From positions 160,001 through 224,000 of the forward strand of contig CAWDVP010000001.1 in the NCBI GenBank assembly GCA_963805945.1: 64,000 bases of DNA, given 5' to 3'. This DNA is from Vulcanimicrobiota bacterium (lineage in GTDB: Bacteria > Vulcanimicrobiota > Vulcanimicrobiia > Eremiobacterales > Eremiobacteraceae). Positions within the stretch are counted from its first letter, which is position 1. Each line of letters starts with the position of its first letter. The notes under the pieces are model-generated. The model saw nothing but the letters and a program-made list of their open reading frames with translations, made no database searches and had not been told where the DNA came from. The translations under genes and the position numbers were made by a program. Of the stretch, positions 1 through 9,268 are shown in pieces.

Positions 1-383
1 AGGCCGACGAACGGCGCGATGACCGCGACCGTGCCGATGATCGACAGATTCGCCTCGAGCGAGTTCAACTGCTCGAGCAAGCCGATCGACAGCGCGTCGC
101 TGATGTCGGCGCGGCTCTTCTCATGCCGGTATAGTCCGAACTGCAATATCTTCGGCAACATGCCCGGCTTGCGATCGCAGACGGCGATCGCGCCGGCCAT
201 ATCGTCGCGCGCGACCCGGTCGCCGATCTCCTTGAGCAGCGCGTTCGGGTCGGTGTGCTGCCGCGAGAAGAAGAACAACCGTTCGAACACGATGCCGATC
301 GAGACGATCGACATGCCGAGCAGAATCCACATCGTGGCTCCGCCTACGTTGATGAAGTCGAGAAAGGCTTGAAATGGATTCAT
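1..383 (-). CDS. MotA/TolQ/ExbB proton channel family protein (runs off left edge)
   Basis: Manual translation from ATG 383: MNPFQAFLDFINVGGATMWILLGMSIVSIGIVFERL...LEANLSIIGTVAVIAPFVG, the typical ExbB/TolQ pattern; follows a TonB-domain gene. Confidence 0.85.
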   Translation of the reverse strand, partial: MNPFQAFLDFINVGGATMWILLGMSIVSIGIVFERLFFFSRQHTDPNALLKEIGDRVARDDMAGAIAVCDRKPGMLPKILQFGLYRHEKSRADISDALSIGLLEQLNSLEANLSIIGTVAVIAPFVG

Positions 384-544
384 GGACGCTATCCCCTTAT
401 AGCCGACGATTTTGCCGCTGAAAGCATTGCGTTGACGTGCACGACACGCCTAAAAATGCAGAAGGCGGGCGGTGGCCCGACCGTCGTCACCGCGTTCGAT
501 TATACGGCGTCCCGCTTCCTTCCTATCGAACGTCTGTAGCGGGT

Positions 545-610
545 GGGCCGACCTGAAGGTCGGCCCCTACACCGGTCGTTCGCGGATGTAGTGCCCGAGC
601 GAAGCTCGGC
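545..610. repeat. Pair of REP-like palindromes (family A 545-570, family B 588-610)
   Basis: GGGCCGACCTGAAGGTCGGCCCCTAC and GTAGTGCCCGAGCGAAGCTCGGC; both recur elsewhere in the window. Confidence 0.8.
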
Positions 611-2218
611 TTAAGGTTTGTAGCCCGGAATGTCGGAGTTGTTGAGCGCCTTATAGTTGGAATTCACCGAGGACATGCCGGCCGGGTTGTTCTGGGCCTT
701 GAAGAGATCGAACGCCTTGCGGAGCGCGGTGTTCGCGTCGTCCTTCTTCCCTTGCCGCGCGTATGCGACGCCGAGGTCGAACCAGCCGTTCGGGTAATTC
801 GGGTCGGCGGTGGTGGCCGCCGTCGAGTACTTGATGATGTCGTTGATCGGATCCGCTCCCTTGCCGCCGGGCAGGGAGAGCAAGATGACCGCGATGGTGG
901 CGTTGTAGGGGGCCGCGTTCTTGGGCGACGCCGCGATCGCTTGCGCGAGCGCAGCGCTCGTGCCGGGCAGATCGTTCTGCGCGGCGGCGATCTGGGCCGC
1001 GCCGAACAGCGCGTTGGCGTTGTGCGGATCGAGCGCGAGGGCCCTGTCATAGGCGGCTTTGGCCTTGGGGAAGTCCTTCTTCTGCACGTAGATATCGCCG
1101 ATGTCCACCTGCACCGCCGCATCGGTCGGGGACACCTGCGCGAGCTGCTGGAGCGGCACGAGCGCCGCATCGAGCTTGTCGTTGCGGATGTAGTAGCTCG
1201 CGAGCGCTTGGTAGCCGACCGGGCTGTTCGGCGCTATCTTCTCCGCTTGATTGATGGCCGCGATGCCCTCAGCCTCTTGATTCGTGCTCAGCAGCGAGAC
1301 GCCCATATCCGCGTAGATGCGGGCGGTCACGTTCGCCGACTTCTTGTCGTCGAGCTGCTGCGCGGTCTTGAACGCGGCGATCGCGCCGGTGTTGTCGCCG
1401 GTCCCCTGGAGCGCCTCGCCCAACTCGATCTGGTACTGCACCTGTTTGGGGTCGAGCTTGACCGCCTTTTGCGCATACGGCAGCGCGTCGGCAGCTTTTT
1501 GCACCTGGAGGAGCGCGAACGCGTAGCGCCCGTAGGCCAGCGCAGCACCGGTAAGCGTCGTGGAATCAGGCTTGGGGTCGATCGCGAACGCTTTGTCGTA
1601 GGCAAGCGCCCCCGACTTGAACTTGTCGTCGCTCTTGTTCTGGATGCCGTCGGAGTAGTACGCGAAGCCGAGCAACGACCAGAACTTGGCGTTGTTCGGG
1701 TCGAGCTGCGTGCCCTTGACCAGCACGTCTTCGGCCTGAGCGTATTGTCCCTTGTTGATGAGCACAGTGGCCAGCGTCTTACGCGTGCCCGCATCGCTGG
1801 GATTGGCGGAAAGCTTCGCCTCGAGATCGCTCTGGCTGCTCTCGCCCTCGGCCAGCCCCTGCAGCGTGAACCTATAGGTGATGTCGAAGAAGGCGAGCGT
1901 CGGGCTGCCGTTGCTGTACGCAGGCCGGTAGGTCGATTTCTTCACGGCATCGAGCACGGCGTCGTCGAGATCCTTGTGGCCCGACGATTTGAAGATGCTG
2001 AAGCTGGTCGCTTCGCCGGTCTTCTGCACGAGCACTTTGACCTTGACCTCGCCCACCTCGCCGGCTGTCCGCGCAGCGTCCGGATACTGAGGCTTGACCT
2101 GATTGATGAACCGGGGCGGCACGAATCCAGCCGGGTCGGCATTGACGGCTACGGCGCCGGCGATCATGGTGGCGGCCGCGATCATGACGGCTGCGAGGCT
2201 GCGATGCACGTTACGCAT
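611..2218 (-). CDS. Exported TonB C-terminal domain + TPR repeat protein
   Basis: Signal peptide, then PQYPDAARTAGEVGEVKVKVLV...SSGHKDLDDAVLDAV (TonB_C), then many TPR helices. Confidence 0.85.
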   Translation of the reverse strand: MRNVHRSLAAVMIAAATMIAGAVAVNADPAGFVPPRFINQVKPQYPDAARTAGEVGEVKVKVLVQKTGEATSFSIFKSSGHKDLDDAVLDAVKKSTYRPAYSNGSPTLAFFDITYRFTLQGLAEGESSQSDLEAKLSANPSDAGTRKTLATVLINKGQYAQAEDVLVKGTQLDPNNAKFWSLLGFAYYSDGIQNKSDDKFKSGALAYDKAFAIDPKPDSTTLTGAALAYGRYAFALLQVQKAADALPYAQKAVKLDPKQVQYQIELGEALQGTGDNTGAIAAFKTAQQLDDKKSANVTARIYADMGVSLLSTNQEAEGIAAINQAEKIAPNSPVGYQALASYYIRNDKLDAALVPLQQLAQVSPTDAAVQVDIGDIYVQKKDFPKAKAAYDRALALDPHNANALFGAAQIAAAQNDLPGTSAALAQAIAASPKNAAPYNATIAVILLSLPGGKGADPINDIIKYSTAATTADPNYPNGWFDLGVAYARQGKKDDANTALRKAFDLFKAQNNPAGMSSVNSNYKALNNSDIPGYKP

Positions 2219-2264
2219 GGGTCTCCTTCATCGAAGATCTGTAAAGACGGCGCGCCGCGATACG

Positions 2265-3176
2265 CTATGTGGTGCGGGCTTGGCCGCTTCTGCCCTGGGT
2301 CCCGCAAATCCGCCGTCTGGCGGCTGCCGCCGAGCGGAATATCCGCGACATTTCTCGCCTTTTGCCGCGCATCAGCGCGGCGGCGATGCTCGCGATCTCG
2401 CGCTCGAGCGCTCGCAGCGCCCGGCTCACGTCGTCTCGGTTCTCGAAGAGCGCGGCATCCCACAGCGTGAACGGAGATTCGGCGAGCCTCGTTGCGCCCT
2501 GGAAGCCCGGGCCGGCTAGCCAGCTGGTCTGCCGACCGGCGGCGTGCTCGGCGGCGAGCGCGATCGCCAGCGCCGCGAGTTGCGGCAGAGCGCTCGTCGC
2601 GGCGACCACCCGGTCATGGACTTCGGGCGCGATGCGCACCGCACGGCTGCCGAGCGTTCGTACGAAGGCTTCCGCCGCCCGCCATGCCCGTGCGCGTCCG
2701 GCTTGCGCCGGGGCGTACAGCGCGAAGGGTCTCCCTTCGAAGAGCTCCGCTGAGGCGGCCGAGGGGCCGGCGCGTTCGCTGCCGGCCATGGGATGCCCGG
2801 CTACGAACCGCGCGGCGCGCGGACGAGCGCGTAGCGCGCGTTGAGCGGCGGCGACGATCCGCTTCTTCAGGCCGCCGACATCGATGACGAGCGCACCCGG
2901 TTTCGCATGCGCGATCGCTTTGACCACCAGCCTCTCGAGCGCCGGCAGCGGCGCCGCGAGCACGATCACGTCCGCGGTGCGCACCGCGCGATCAAAGGTG
3001 GGGCACACGGTGTCGATCGCGCCACGCCGGCGAGCCGCTGCGGCATGCGCGCGGACGGGATCCCAGCCGAGGATGTTGAGGCTCGGGCGTCGCCGGCGCT
3101 TCAGCGCCAACCCGATCGACGCGCCGATGAGGCCGGTGCCGACGATCGCGATCGTCGACCGCGCCCGCGCAGTCAA
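2265..3176 (-). CDS. tyrA: Prephenate dehydrogenase
   Basis: Rossmann [20 protein letters not shown] motif; TRLAES. Confidence 0.9.
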   Translation of the reverse strand: MTARARSTIAIVGTGLIGASIGLALKRRRRPSLNILGWDPVRAHAAAARRRGAIDTVCPTFDRAVRTADVIVLAAPLPALERLVVKAIAHAKPGALVIDVGGLKKRIVAAAQRALRARPRAARFVAGHPMAGSERAGPSAASAELFEGRPFALYAPAQAGRARAWRAAEAFVRTLGSRAVRIAPEVHDRVVAATSALPQLAALAIALAAEHAAGRQTSWLAGPGFQGATRLAESPFTLWDAALFENRDDVSRALRALEREIASIAAALMRGKRREMSRIFRSAAAARRRICGTQGRSGQARTT

Positions 3177-4219
3177 ACGGTGGCGGCGACCTCTGAAGCG
3201 ACCGGCCGGCCGACCGCGCGCGCGACCGCGCGCACCCCGTCCATCATGGCCGCGAACTTGTCGAAGGTCAACGACTCGAAACCGTCCTTGAGCGCCTCTG
3301 CCGGGTTGGGATGCACTTCGATCATCAATCCATCCGCGCCGGCGGCGACGCCCGCACGCGCCATCGGCGCCACGAGCTCCCAGCGGCCGGTGCCGTGGCT
3401 CGGATCGACGATGACCGGCAGATGCGTGAGCTGTTTGAGCAGCGGCACGGCGTTGAGATCGAGCGTGTTGCGCGTCGCGGTCTCAAAGGTGCGGATCCCG
3501 CGCTCGCACAGGATGACGCCGTGGTTGCCGCCGGCGAAGATGTATTCCGCGGCGAGCAGCCACTCTTCGATCGTCGCCGAGAGACCGCGCTTGAGCATCA
3601 CCGGCTTGCGCGCCTTGGCGACCTCTTTGAGCAGCGTGAAGTTCTGCATGTTGCGCGCGCCGACTTGCAGGATGTCGGCATACGTCTCCACGAGCGGCAC
3701 GTCGCGTGGATCGAGGACCTCGGTGATGACCGGCAAGCCCGTCTCGTCGCGCGCTGCGGCGAGGATCTCCAGTCCTTCTTTACCCATGCCTTGGAACGAG
3801 TACGGCGAGGTGCTCGGCTTGTACGCGCCGCCGCGCAACAGCGTCGCGCCCGCCTCCTTGACGGCACGGGCGGTGCGCAAGAGCATGTCGCGCCCCTCGA
3901 CCGTGCACGGACCCGCCATGACGTGGAGGGCATTGCCGCCGATCTCGGCGCCGTTCGACAGCCTGATGATCGTGTCGCCTTGCGCACCCTCGCGGCTGAC
4001 GAGTTTGTACGCTTTGCTGATAGGCACCACGCGGTCGACCCATGGGATGCCCGCCAGCTGTGCCGCGAGCAGCTCCTTGTCGTCGCGCACGCCGAGCACG
4101 CCGATGATGAGACGTTCAACGCCTTTCGAGACGTTGACGCCATAGCCCATCGCGGTGATCTTCTCGACCACTTCCTGGGCTTGTGCGTCGGTCGCGCTGC
4201 GCTTGATGATGACGATCAT
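3173..4219 (-). CDS. aroF: DAHP synthase (class I-beta, N-terminal regulatory domain)
   Basis: [39 protein letters not shown]. Confidence 0.95.
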   Translation of the reverse strand: MIVIIKRSATDAQAQEVVEKITAMGYGVNVSKGVERLIIGVLGVRDDKELLAAQLAGIPWVDRVVPISKAYKLVSREGAQGDTIIRLSNGAEIGGNALHVMAGPCTVEGRDMLLRTARAVKEAGATLLRGGAYKPSTSPYSFQGMGKEGLEILAAARDETGLPVITEVLDPRDVPLVETYADILQVGARNMQNFTLLKEVAKARKPVMLKRGLSATIEEWLLAAEYIFAGGNHGVILCERGIRTFETATRNTLDLNAVPLLKQLTHLPVIVDPSHGTGRWELVAPMARAGVAAGADGLMIEVHPNPAEALKDGFESLTFDKFAAMMDGVRAVARAVGRPVASEVAATV

Positions 4220-4228
4220 GCGATTCCC

Positions 4229-4624
4229 TTAAAACGTCGTTCCGGCGGTCTGCGGGTCGTCCTCACCCGCTAGATCCGGCCGCAGGGCGGTCGCGCCCTC
4301 CAGATAGATGTGTTTGATCGCCGCTTGTGTCGCACTCGAGTTGACCAGCATGAGCACGCGGATGCAGGCGCGCAATCGGTCGGGCACCGCCATCTCGTGG
4401 CCGCAGAGCAGCGGTACTTTGCTCCACCCCAAGGCGCGCGCGGCAGCGGCCGGAAACTCGGCGTTCAGGTCATCGGTGGTGGTGAAGAACACCGCCGCGA
4501 TATCCGACGCCTCCACGCGATTGGCCTCGACCATCGCGATCAGCAGGCGTTCCGACGCCGAGATGATCGCAGCAGACGAATTGGCGCCTGCCGTGATGGC
4601 GCCGCGGATGCCTCGGACTGCCAT
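4229..4624 (-). CDS. aroH: Chorismate mutase, AroH type
   Basis: VRGIRGAIT, FTTTDDLNAEFPAAAAR, VPLLC, CIRVL, HIYLEGA..LRPDL. Confidence 0.92.
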   Translation of the reverse strand: MAVRGIRGAITAGANSSAAIISASERLLIAMVEANRVEASDIAAVFFTTTDDLNAEFPAAAARALGWSKVPLLCGHEMAVPDRLRACIRVLMLVNSSATQAAIKHIYLEGATALRPDLAGEDDPQTAGTTF

Positions 4625-4646
4625 GAGCCGCCTTCATTCTGTGGGC

Positions 4647-5360
4647 CTAAGTGGGTCCCTCTTTGACGGCGCGATGCAGCGCTTGAGTTTCGGCCGCCGT
4701 CAACACGCGGTGCCGTCCGGACGCCATCCCTTTCAAACCGATAGGGCCATACGAGACGCGCTCGAGACTGATGACGCGCAAGCCGTGGTGCGCGCATCGT
4801 CTGCGGATCTCGCGATTCTTGCCGGCGGTCAGCGTCATCTCGAAGCGCACGACATCGCCCGCGCGCTTTTGGATGTTTCCGGCGCCGAGCGAGTGCATCG
4901 CCGCCGCGCTCGGCACGCCCTTGACCGTGACCCTATAGCGTCGCGGCACTTCAAATGAAGGATGAGACAGCTTGCGGCTCAGCTCGCCGTCGGAGGTGCA
5001 CAGCAGCAGCCCGGTCGTCTGGGCGTCGAGGCGTCCAATCGGGAACAAACGTGGCACCTTTGTGGTGGCCGAGCGCAGCTCGGCGTTCAGGAGGTCGCCC
5101 ACGCACGGTCTTCCCCGTTCGTCATGCATCGTGGTGACCATGCCGAGCGGTTTGTTGAGCGCGATCGTCACATGCTCGCCCGCGCGCGGCCGCACCGGCT
5201 TGCCGTCGACGCGGACGTCGTCAGCCGCGGCCTCGACGCGATCGCCTGCGACCGCGCGGCGTCCGCCGATAGAAACAGCGCCGCGGGCGATGAGCTCGTC
5301 CGCGGCGCGTCTGGAAGCGATTCCCGCATCCGCGAGATACTTGTTGATCCGTATCTTCAG
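4647..5360 (-). CDS. rluB: rRNA pseudouridine synthase (RluB/RsuA family) with S4 domain; probable CTG start
   Basis: Frame extends upstream of the track ORF to (L)KIRINKYLADAGIASRRAADELI; catalytic GRLDAQTTGLLL. Confidence 0.85.
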   Translation of the reverse strand: MKIRINKYLADAGIASRRAADELIARGAVSIGGRRAVAGDRVEAAADDVRVDGKPVRPRAGEHVTIALNKPLGMVTTMHDERGRPCVGDLLNAELRSATTKVPRLFPIGRLDAQTTGLLLCTSDGELSRKLSHPSFEVPRRYRVTVKGVPSAAAMHSLGAGNIQKRAGDVVRFEMTLTAGKNREIRRRCAHHGLRVISLERVSYGPIGLKGMASGRHRVLTAAETQALHRAVKEGPT

Positions 5361-7064
5361 CTAGCGGTCTCCGTCCGAGGCCATCGACATCGCTTCTTTG
5401 GTCACCGACTTGAGGAAGTCTTCATTGCTATCGGTGCGCCGGAAGCGCTCGAGGATGAGTTCGGTCATCTCCTGCGTGCCGAGCACCGCGGTGGCGCGGC
5501 GCAGCATGACGATCTTGCGCAGCTCGACTTCGGAGAGCAGCAGCTCCTCGTGCCGCGTGCCCGAGCGCTTGATGTCGACCGCCGGGAAGATGCGACTGTC
5601 CGCCAGCTTGCGAACGAGGTTGATCTCCATGTTGCCGGTGCCTTTGAACTCCTCGAAGATCACGTCGTCCATCTTCGAACCGGTCTCGATGAGCGCGGTC
5701 GCGATGATGGTGAGGCTGCCGCCGCCTTCGATGTTACGCGCCGCGCCGAAGAAGCGCTTCGGTTTGTGGAGCGCGCTCGTGTCGAGGCCGCCCGAGAGCG
5801 TGCGGCCGGTCGCGGGCATGACCTGGTTCCAGGCGCGCGCGAGCCGGGTGATGGAGTCGAGCAGGATGACGACGTCATGGCCGAGTTCGACGAGCCGGCG
5901 GCAGCGCTCGAGCGTGAGCTCGGAGACCGCCGTGTGGTTGTCCGGGTGCTCGTCGAACGTCGACGAGACCACTTCGCCTTCGATCGAGCGGCGCATGTCG
6001 GTGACCTCCTCGGGCCGCTCGTCGACGAGCAGCGCGAAGAGATCGACATCGGGGTGATTGGACGCGATCGCATTGGCGATCTTCTTGAGCAGCGTCGTCT
6101 TGCCGGCCTTGGGCGGCGACACGATCAAGCCGCGCTGGCCTTTGCCGATCGGGCAGAGCAGATCGAGCACGCGTCCGCACATCTCGAGCGACGACGTCTC
6201 CATCTTGAGCCGCTGCTCCGGATAGATCGGCACCAATTTGTCGAAGTGCGGACGGCCGCGGATCGCTTCGGGGTCCATGCCGTTGACCGCCTCGACTTTG
6301 AGGATGCCGTGATATTTCTCGTTGTCCTTGGGGTCGCGGATCTGCCCGGCGATGAGGTCGCCGGTGCGCAGCTCGAAGCGCCGCACCTGCGTCTGCGAGA
6401 CGTACACGTCGTGCGGGCCGGAGCGCATGTTCTCGCGGCGCAAGAAGCCGTAGCCTTCGGGCAAGATGTCGAGCACGCCGATCGCGAAATGCAGACCGGC
6501 CGCTTTGGCCTGGGCCTCGAGGATCGGGAACACGAGATCCTGTTTCTTGATGCGCTGGAGATTTTCGACGTCGAGTTTGCGCGCGAGCTCGACGAGCTCC
6601 GTGCGCGTCTTGTCCTCGAGCTCCTTGACGGAGAGGAAGTTCAGCTCTTCGCCGTCTTTGGTCTGGAAGGTCTTGGGCTGCGGTTCGACGCGTTCTTGAT
6701 ATTGGCGGACGGGGAAGACGCGCGGCTGCTGGCGGTCGTTGTTGCGGCCTCTGCCGCGATCCCGGTCGTACCGACCGCCGCGCTCCGGACGCTCTGGCCG
6801 ATCCGGCCGGTCGAGGCGCTGCTGCTCTTGCCGCTCGCCGCGATTCGCCTGCTCGACTCTATCGGCGCGGTTGCCGCGCTCGGGCCGGTCTGCGCGGTCG
6901 ACGCGATCCACTCGGTCGACGCGCTCGGGCCTCTCGGGGCGATCGATGTCGATCTCGATCTCCATCGCGCCGGGGATGGCGCGAGAGCGCTGCCGGAACG
7001 GCCGCGACACGGGGGTGACGTCTATCTCGTCGGAATTGTTGGGCTGGGAGTCGTCTTCTTGCAC
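5361..7064 (-). CDS. rho: Transcription termination factor Rho with long low-complexity N-terminus
   Basis: GYGFLR, PIGKGQRGLIVSPPKAGKT, DERPEEVT, EEFKGTGNME. Confidence 0.97.
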   Translation of the reverse strand: MQEDDSQPNNSDEIDVTPVSRPFRQRSRAIPGAMEIEIDIDRPERPERVDRVDRVDRADRPERGNRADRVEQANRGERQEQQRLDRPDRPERPERGGRYDRDRGRGRNNDRQQPRVFPVRQYQERVEPQPKTFQTKDGEELNFLSVKELEDKTRTELVELARKLDVENLQRIKKQDLVFPILEAQAKAAGLHFAIGVLDILPEGYGFLRRENMRSGPHDVYVSQTQVRRFELRTGDLIAGQIRDPKDNEKYHGILKVEAVNGMDPEAIRGRPHFDKLVPIYPEQRLKMETSSLEMCGRVLDLLCPIGKGQRGLIVSPPKAGKTTLLKKIANAIASNHPDVDLFALLVDERPEEVTDMRRSIEGEVVSSTFDEHPDNHTAVSELTLERCRRLVELGHDVVILLDSITRLARAWNQVMPATGRTLSGGLDTSALHKPKRFFGAARNIEGGGSLTIIATALIETGSKMDDVIFEEFKGTGNMEINLVRKLADSRIFPAVDIKRSGTRHEELLLSEVELRKIVMLRRATAVLGTQEMTELILERFRRTDSNEDFLKSVTKEAMSMASDGDR

Positions 7065-7282
7065 GCTTTACCTACCGCCTGAATGTGAGATGTGCATAGT
7101 CATAAGGAAGCATCACGACGCCGCAATGGCGCCGAGCGCGAACGAGGTTCGATTTCGAGAGGATGATGTCGTGATAAAATACACTAACGCCGTGTGCGAC
7201 GTGGACGTTTCCTAGAGGGGGTTTTTTGAAGAGGAACAGCCGAACTTGCACCGACATAGAGCGGGGAAGCTCGTGCGCTCAA

Positions 7283-7311
7283 ACTATAGCACAGCTCGCA
7301 TGGCGCGTCAA
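7283..7311 (-). promoter_or_regulatory. Sigma70-type promoter of the rho operon
   Basis: Minus strand TTGACG - 17 nt - TATAGT, with extended -10 TG. Confidence 0.7.
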
Positions 7312-7323
7312 CGGTTTGCGGCG

Positions 7324-7985
7324 TTATTGTGCTCTCGGCCGCCGTGAGACGCTGGTGCTTAAGGGATCATAAAAGCGAAGCGGCCAGGCGGTCGCTGACG
7401 AGAGCCCCACACGCCCGGCGACCGCGATAGCATCGGTCGGCGCTCTGTCGAAAGTTATGCGCAGCGCGCCTGTTCGCAGTTCTGCTCCATCGTCTCTCAG
7501 ATCGATAGCAAATGCGCGGCACAGGTTGCCCGGCCCCGAGGCGAGGGCTTCATCTCTGAGTCGAACCCCTCTGCGCGCGCGCATCGCGGCGATGCCCTGG
7601 ATCGGCTCCACCGCCCGCACGAGCACGGCCCCTCCTATGCCCGCCGGTTCGGTGACGACGTTCAGGCAGCAGTGCACCCCATATATAAGGTAGACATACG
7701 CCGTACCCCGCCGCCCGAAGATGCTCGAGTTGCGCTGTGTCGGCCCGCGATAGCCGTGGCAGGCGGGATCCACGTATGGCAGATACGCCTCGGTCTCCAC
7801 GATGCGGCCGCCAGCATAGTGCCGGCATCGGGCTCGCCGGGCGGCACGACTCGATGGAGCGTCGCGCCGACGAGCCGGCGTGCGACCTCGATGGTCGAGC
7901 CGGCGAACGGGTCATCCGCATGTTCGACGGCACGGACGTTCGGGACTTGACTGCGACCGACCGGCGCGTGATGATTAGCCTGCAT
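7324..7985 (-). CDS. mpg: DNA-3-methyladenine glycosylase (MPG/AAG); frameshift near 7800, start uncertain
   Basis: TIEVARRLVGATL; VETEAY; AYVYLIYGVHCCLNVV; AVLVRAVEP; GPGNLCRA; RVGLS. Confidence 0.9.
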
Positions 7986-7998
7986 GTTTCCTTTGAGA

Positions 7999-9075
7999 AT
8001 GGAGCGGTCGAGTTTACTCGACCGTCTGAGCGGTCGAATTTATTCGACCGACCATAGCCGTGTTCCGTGTCGCGGTATGTCGCTCATCGAATCCATCATC
8101 GCGATGAGCGTGTTGACGCTGCTCATCTTCATCGCGACCGACGCTGCGGTGCACACCTTGCGCGTCGCGGCGCTCTCCGGCGGACGCGCGAGCAGTGCGC
8201 GCACGGTGTCGGAACTCGCGATCCGCATGGCGGAGGAAGCGCGCAGCTCGACCGCCGTCTTCATCCCCGCGAACGATGTGCTCGGCGATGCGAACGCGGG
8301 CGCGGCCGCGCATGAAGTGGATTTCTTCCGCCGCCTTTCCGCCGGCGGCGATTCTTACGTCGCGTATCGACTCGACGCCGCAAGCAGCATCGTGACGCGC
8401 TATGAATACACGCCTGCCGCGGGTGCGGCGACGATCGTCCACGCCGATCAGCTGGCGAGCGGCATCGCCGGCTTCGCGCCCTCGCGTGCACCGGCCGGGT
8501 CGATGGACGACGTCGTGGACGCGGCAAGCGTCAGCGACGTGTCGATCTTGTATGGCGCGGCCGGGGTCGCGGGCGGCAACGACATCGTCTCGCTCACGGT
8601 GCAGGCGAAGAGCGCCGCGGGGATCACGCCCGCGCCCGTCGTCGTGCATCTGGCGTCGCGAGCAGCGCCGACGTCGCTTGCGATCCTCGCTCCGAGCAAG
8701 CCCCCTCCGGCACCCGGTGGGCCTATCACCATGCCGTTCATCATCCGCGGGGTGAAGGTCACCCCTCCGCGCGGACCTTGGCATTCGGGAGATCCTGGCG
8801 ATCCGGGCGATACTGGCTCCTCCGGAATCCACATGTCGCTATCCGGTGAGGTCCAGTTCTTCGGGCCTGGGAGCGCAGGCTTAGATTGGTTCGAACTTTC
8901 CGCCATCTCGCCGCTGGTCGAGAATGGAGCATATTCATACACTAACGCTAGCGGCGATCCCATCACCGTGGTGTTCTCATGCGGGGCGGTCCCGTGTCCC
9001 AAATTCAAGCCTTTGCCCACCTCTGGGACTCCGGCGGCCCCCTCCGGCGGCGTCGCTTTCGACGCGGCGCCGTGA
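7999..9075 (+). CDS. Prepilin-type N-terminal cleavage/methylation protein (minor pilin/pseudopilin-like)
   Basis: RG|MSLIESIIAMSVLTLLIF, a class III signal with Glu at +5; the leader must start at ATG 7999 or 7984. Confidence 0.7.
   Translation: MERSSLLDRLSGRIYSTDHSRVPCRGMSLIESIIAMSVLTLLIFIATDAAVHTLRVAALSGGRASSARTVSELAIRMAEEARSSTAVFIPANDVLGDANAGAAAHEVDFFRRLSAGGDSYVAYRLDAASSIVTRYEYTPAAGAATIVHADQLASGIAGFAPSRAPAGSMDDVVDAASVSDVSILYGAAGVAGGNDIVSLTVQAKSAAGITPAPVVVHLASRAAPTSLAILAPSKPPPAPGGPITMPFIIRGVKVTPPRGPWHSGDPGDPGDTGSSGIHMSLSGEVQFFGPGSAGLDWFELSAISPLVENGAYSYTNASGDPITVVFSCGAVPCPKFKPLPTSGTPAAPSGGVAFDAAP
8001..8050 (+). repeat. Tandem REP-like palindromes, family C
   Basis: GGAGCGGTCGAGTTTACTCGACCG and GAGCGGTCGAATTTATTCGACCG. 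Confidence 0.8.
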
Positions 9076-9268
9076 CCCGTTTCCCACGCTGTCCCTGCGC
9101 AGGAAAGCCCATCCGCTGACAGAAACTTCACCGCGCCGGGACTCCTCGTAATGGATGGGCGAAAGCCCACATCCTCGTTTCTTTTGGTGTTTGGGGAACA
9201 ACCGGAAATCACGCGCCGCGCACCCGGGGGCGCACCCGTTGGGTCCTGGGTGCAGGAGGGGAAATCGT

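Noticed and set aside
752..7082. Long antisense ORFs (e.g. 752-2470, 4962-7082 and similar elsewhere)
   Set aside because: Shadow frames of real genes in high-GC DNA, with no recognisable motifs.
7139..7151. CGAAC-GAG-GTTCG in the rho leader as an SOS box
   Set aside because: The spacer is 3 nt rather than 4 and it is far from the promoter.
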